From Bacilli bacterium (lineage in GTDB: Bacteria; Bacillota_I; Bacilli_A; RF39; UBA660), in contig JAQUFX010000003.1 of assembly GCA_028684435.1 (NCBI GenBank), positions 1-39,331 of the forward strand: a stretch of DNA of 39,331 nucleotides, written 5' to 3'. Under the pieces are notes generated by a model. The model had not been told where the DNA came from. It worked only from the letters and a program-made list of their open reading frames with translations, and did no database searches. This document shows positions 38,825 to 39,331 of the stretch, piece by piece (position 1 is the first letter of the stretch; each line of letters starts with the position of its first letter). Position numbers and translations under genes: made by a program.

Positions 38825-39142
38825 TTAACTACTTATAATTTTAATTATTAAATCCATATTATCATCTTTAGCCATAATATTTCTTTTTATTAAATGACAT
38901 TTTTGGCATTTATATACTATTTTATAATTGCCCTTTTTAGCAGGTTCTATTGAAATAGGTATTAAAATACCATGACAATTACATAATCTATCACCTGGAT
39001 TAATATCAACATGTTTAGAAGATAAACAGAAAGGACAATGATCTCTTGCTGTATATCCTAAAGCTTTTACTTCTTTATTACATACTTCACATTTAAAATC
39101 TTCATCTTTCATAATAAATTTAGCCGTATTAGTTTTATTCAT
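38825..39142 (-). CDS. RNHCP-domain zinc-binding protein
   Basis: 105 aa. CEVC...RDHCPFCLSSKHVD...CNCHG...CQKC, matching the RNHCP-domain Cys/His pattern as I remember it. Confidence 0.7.
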   Translation of the reverse strand: MNKTNTAKFIMKDEDFKCEVCNKEVKALGYTARDHCPFCLSSKHVDINPGDRLCNCHGILIPISIEPAKKGNYKIVYKCQKCHLIKRNIMAKDDNMDLIIKIISS

Positions 39143-39331
39143 AATTTTTTCCTTATATTATAAATAATTATAACATACAATTAAAAAGATAATCTATTAT
39201 TTTGATTGTGAAGTAAATAAGTAAATTCCAGTTTAGATATAAGAAAGCGGAAGTAAGTCTTAGAAGAAGTTCCAGTTTAAAGTATTGCAATATTAATTTT
39301 AATATTTATAATAAATCCTCGGATGTCTCTA

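Noticed and set aside
39143-39331. Possible T-box leader, tRNA or other structured RNA at the window end
   Set aside because: I found no T-box consensus (…GGTGGTACCGCG…), no tRNA-like GC-rich arms and no recognisable conserved RNA motif. Only the short direct repeats are reported.

Overview
The window is a very AT-rich, gene-dense chromosomal segment from a Bacillota (Firmicutes)-type organism. Translation uses the standard code. About 45 genes lie on the minus strand and only rnhC lies on the plus strand. All family calls come from reading motifs and Bacillus-like synteny by eye; no homology search was run.

Most of the content is housekeeping, arranged in blocks that resemble B. subtilis neighbourhoods but are shuffled:
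- greA, two U32 genes, an O-methyltransferase, mltG, DUF1292, ruvX and an IreB-like gene
- hemW and lepA
- yqfC, yqfD, ybeY, dgkA, cdd, era, yqzL and recO
- rpsU, trxA, cvpA and rnhC
- holA and lepB
- the heat-shock operon hrcA-grpE-dnaK-(pepF)-dnaJ, with a sigmaA-type promoter and two CIRCE-like operators
- frr

The clearest accessory block is a 4.4-kb cassette at 10363-14744, between a short alaS-like gene and lepA. It is bracketed by 29-bp inverted repeats with 2 mismatches. It encodes a MacB/FtsX-type ABC transporter (an ATPase plus two half-permeases, one with an interrupted frame) and a separately expressed small secreted Gly/Ser/Thr/aromatic-rich protein. It also holds long non-coding stretches, including a terminator-like hairpin just upstream of the ATPase ribosome-binding site. 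I rate this the best candidate for an undescribed toxin/immunity-type or mobile module.

Other points worth a second look:
- a 582-aa AlaRS lacking the C-Ala domain and any T-box leader
- a dCMP-deaminase (comEB-like) relic with two frameshifts
- a 382-aa HTH protein inserted between era and yqzL
- a cdd gene followed by a paralogue that has lost all zinc ligands
- a pseudopilin-like pair, one carrying a LamG-type jelly-roll domain, sitting next to an RNHCP zinc protein and upstream of frr

I saw no rRNA, tRNA, CRISPR array, transposase or integrase.

All three apparent frameshifts are single-base indels compatible with short mononucleotide runs, so assembly error must be excluded before calling them pseudogenes.
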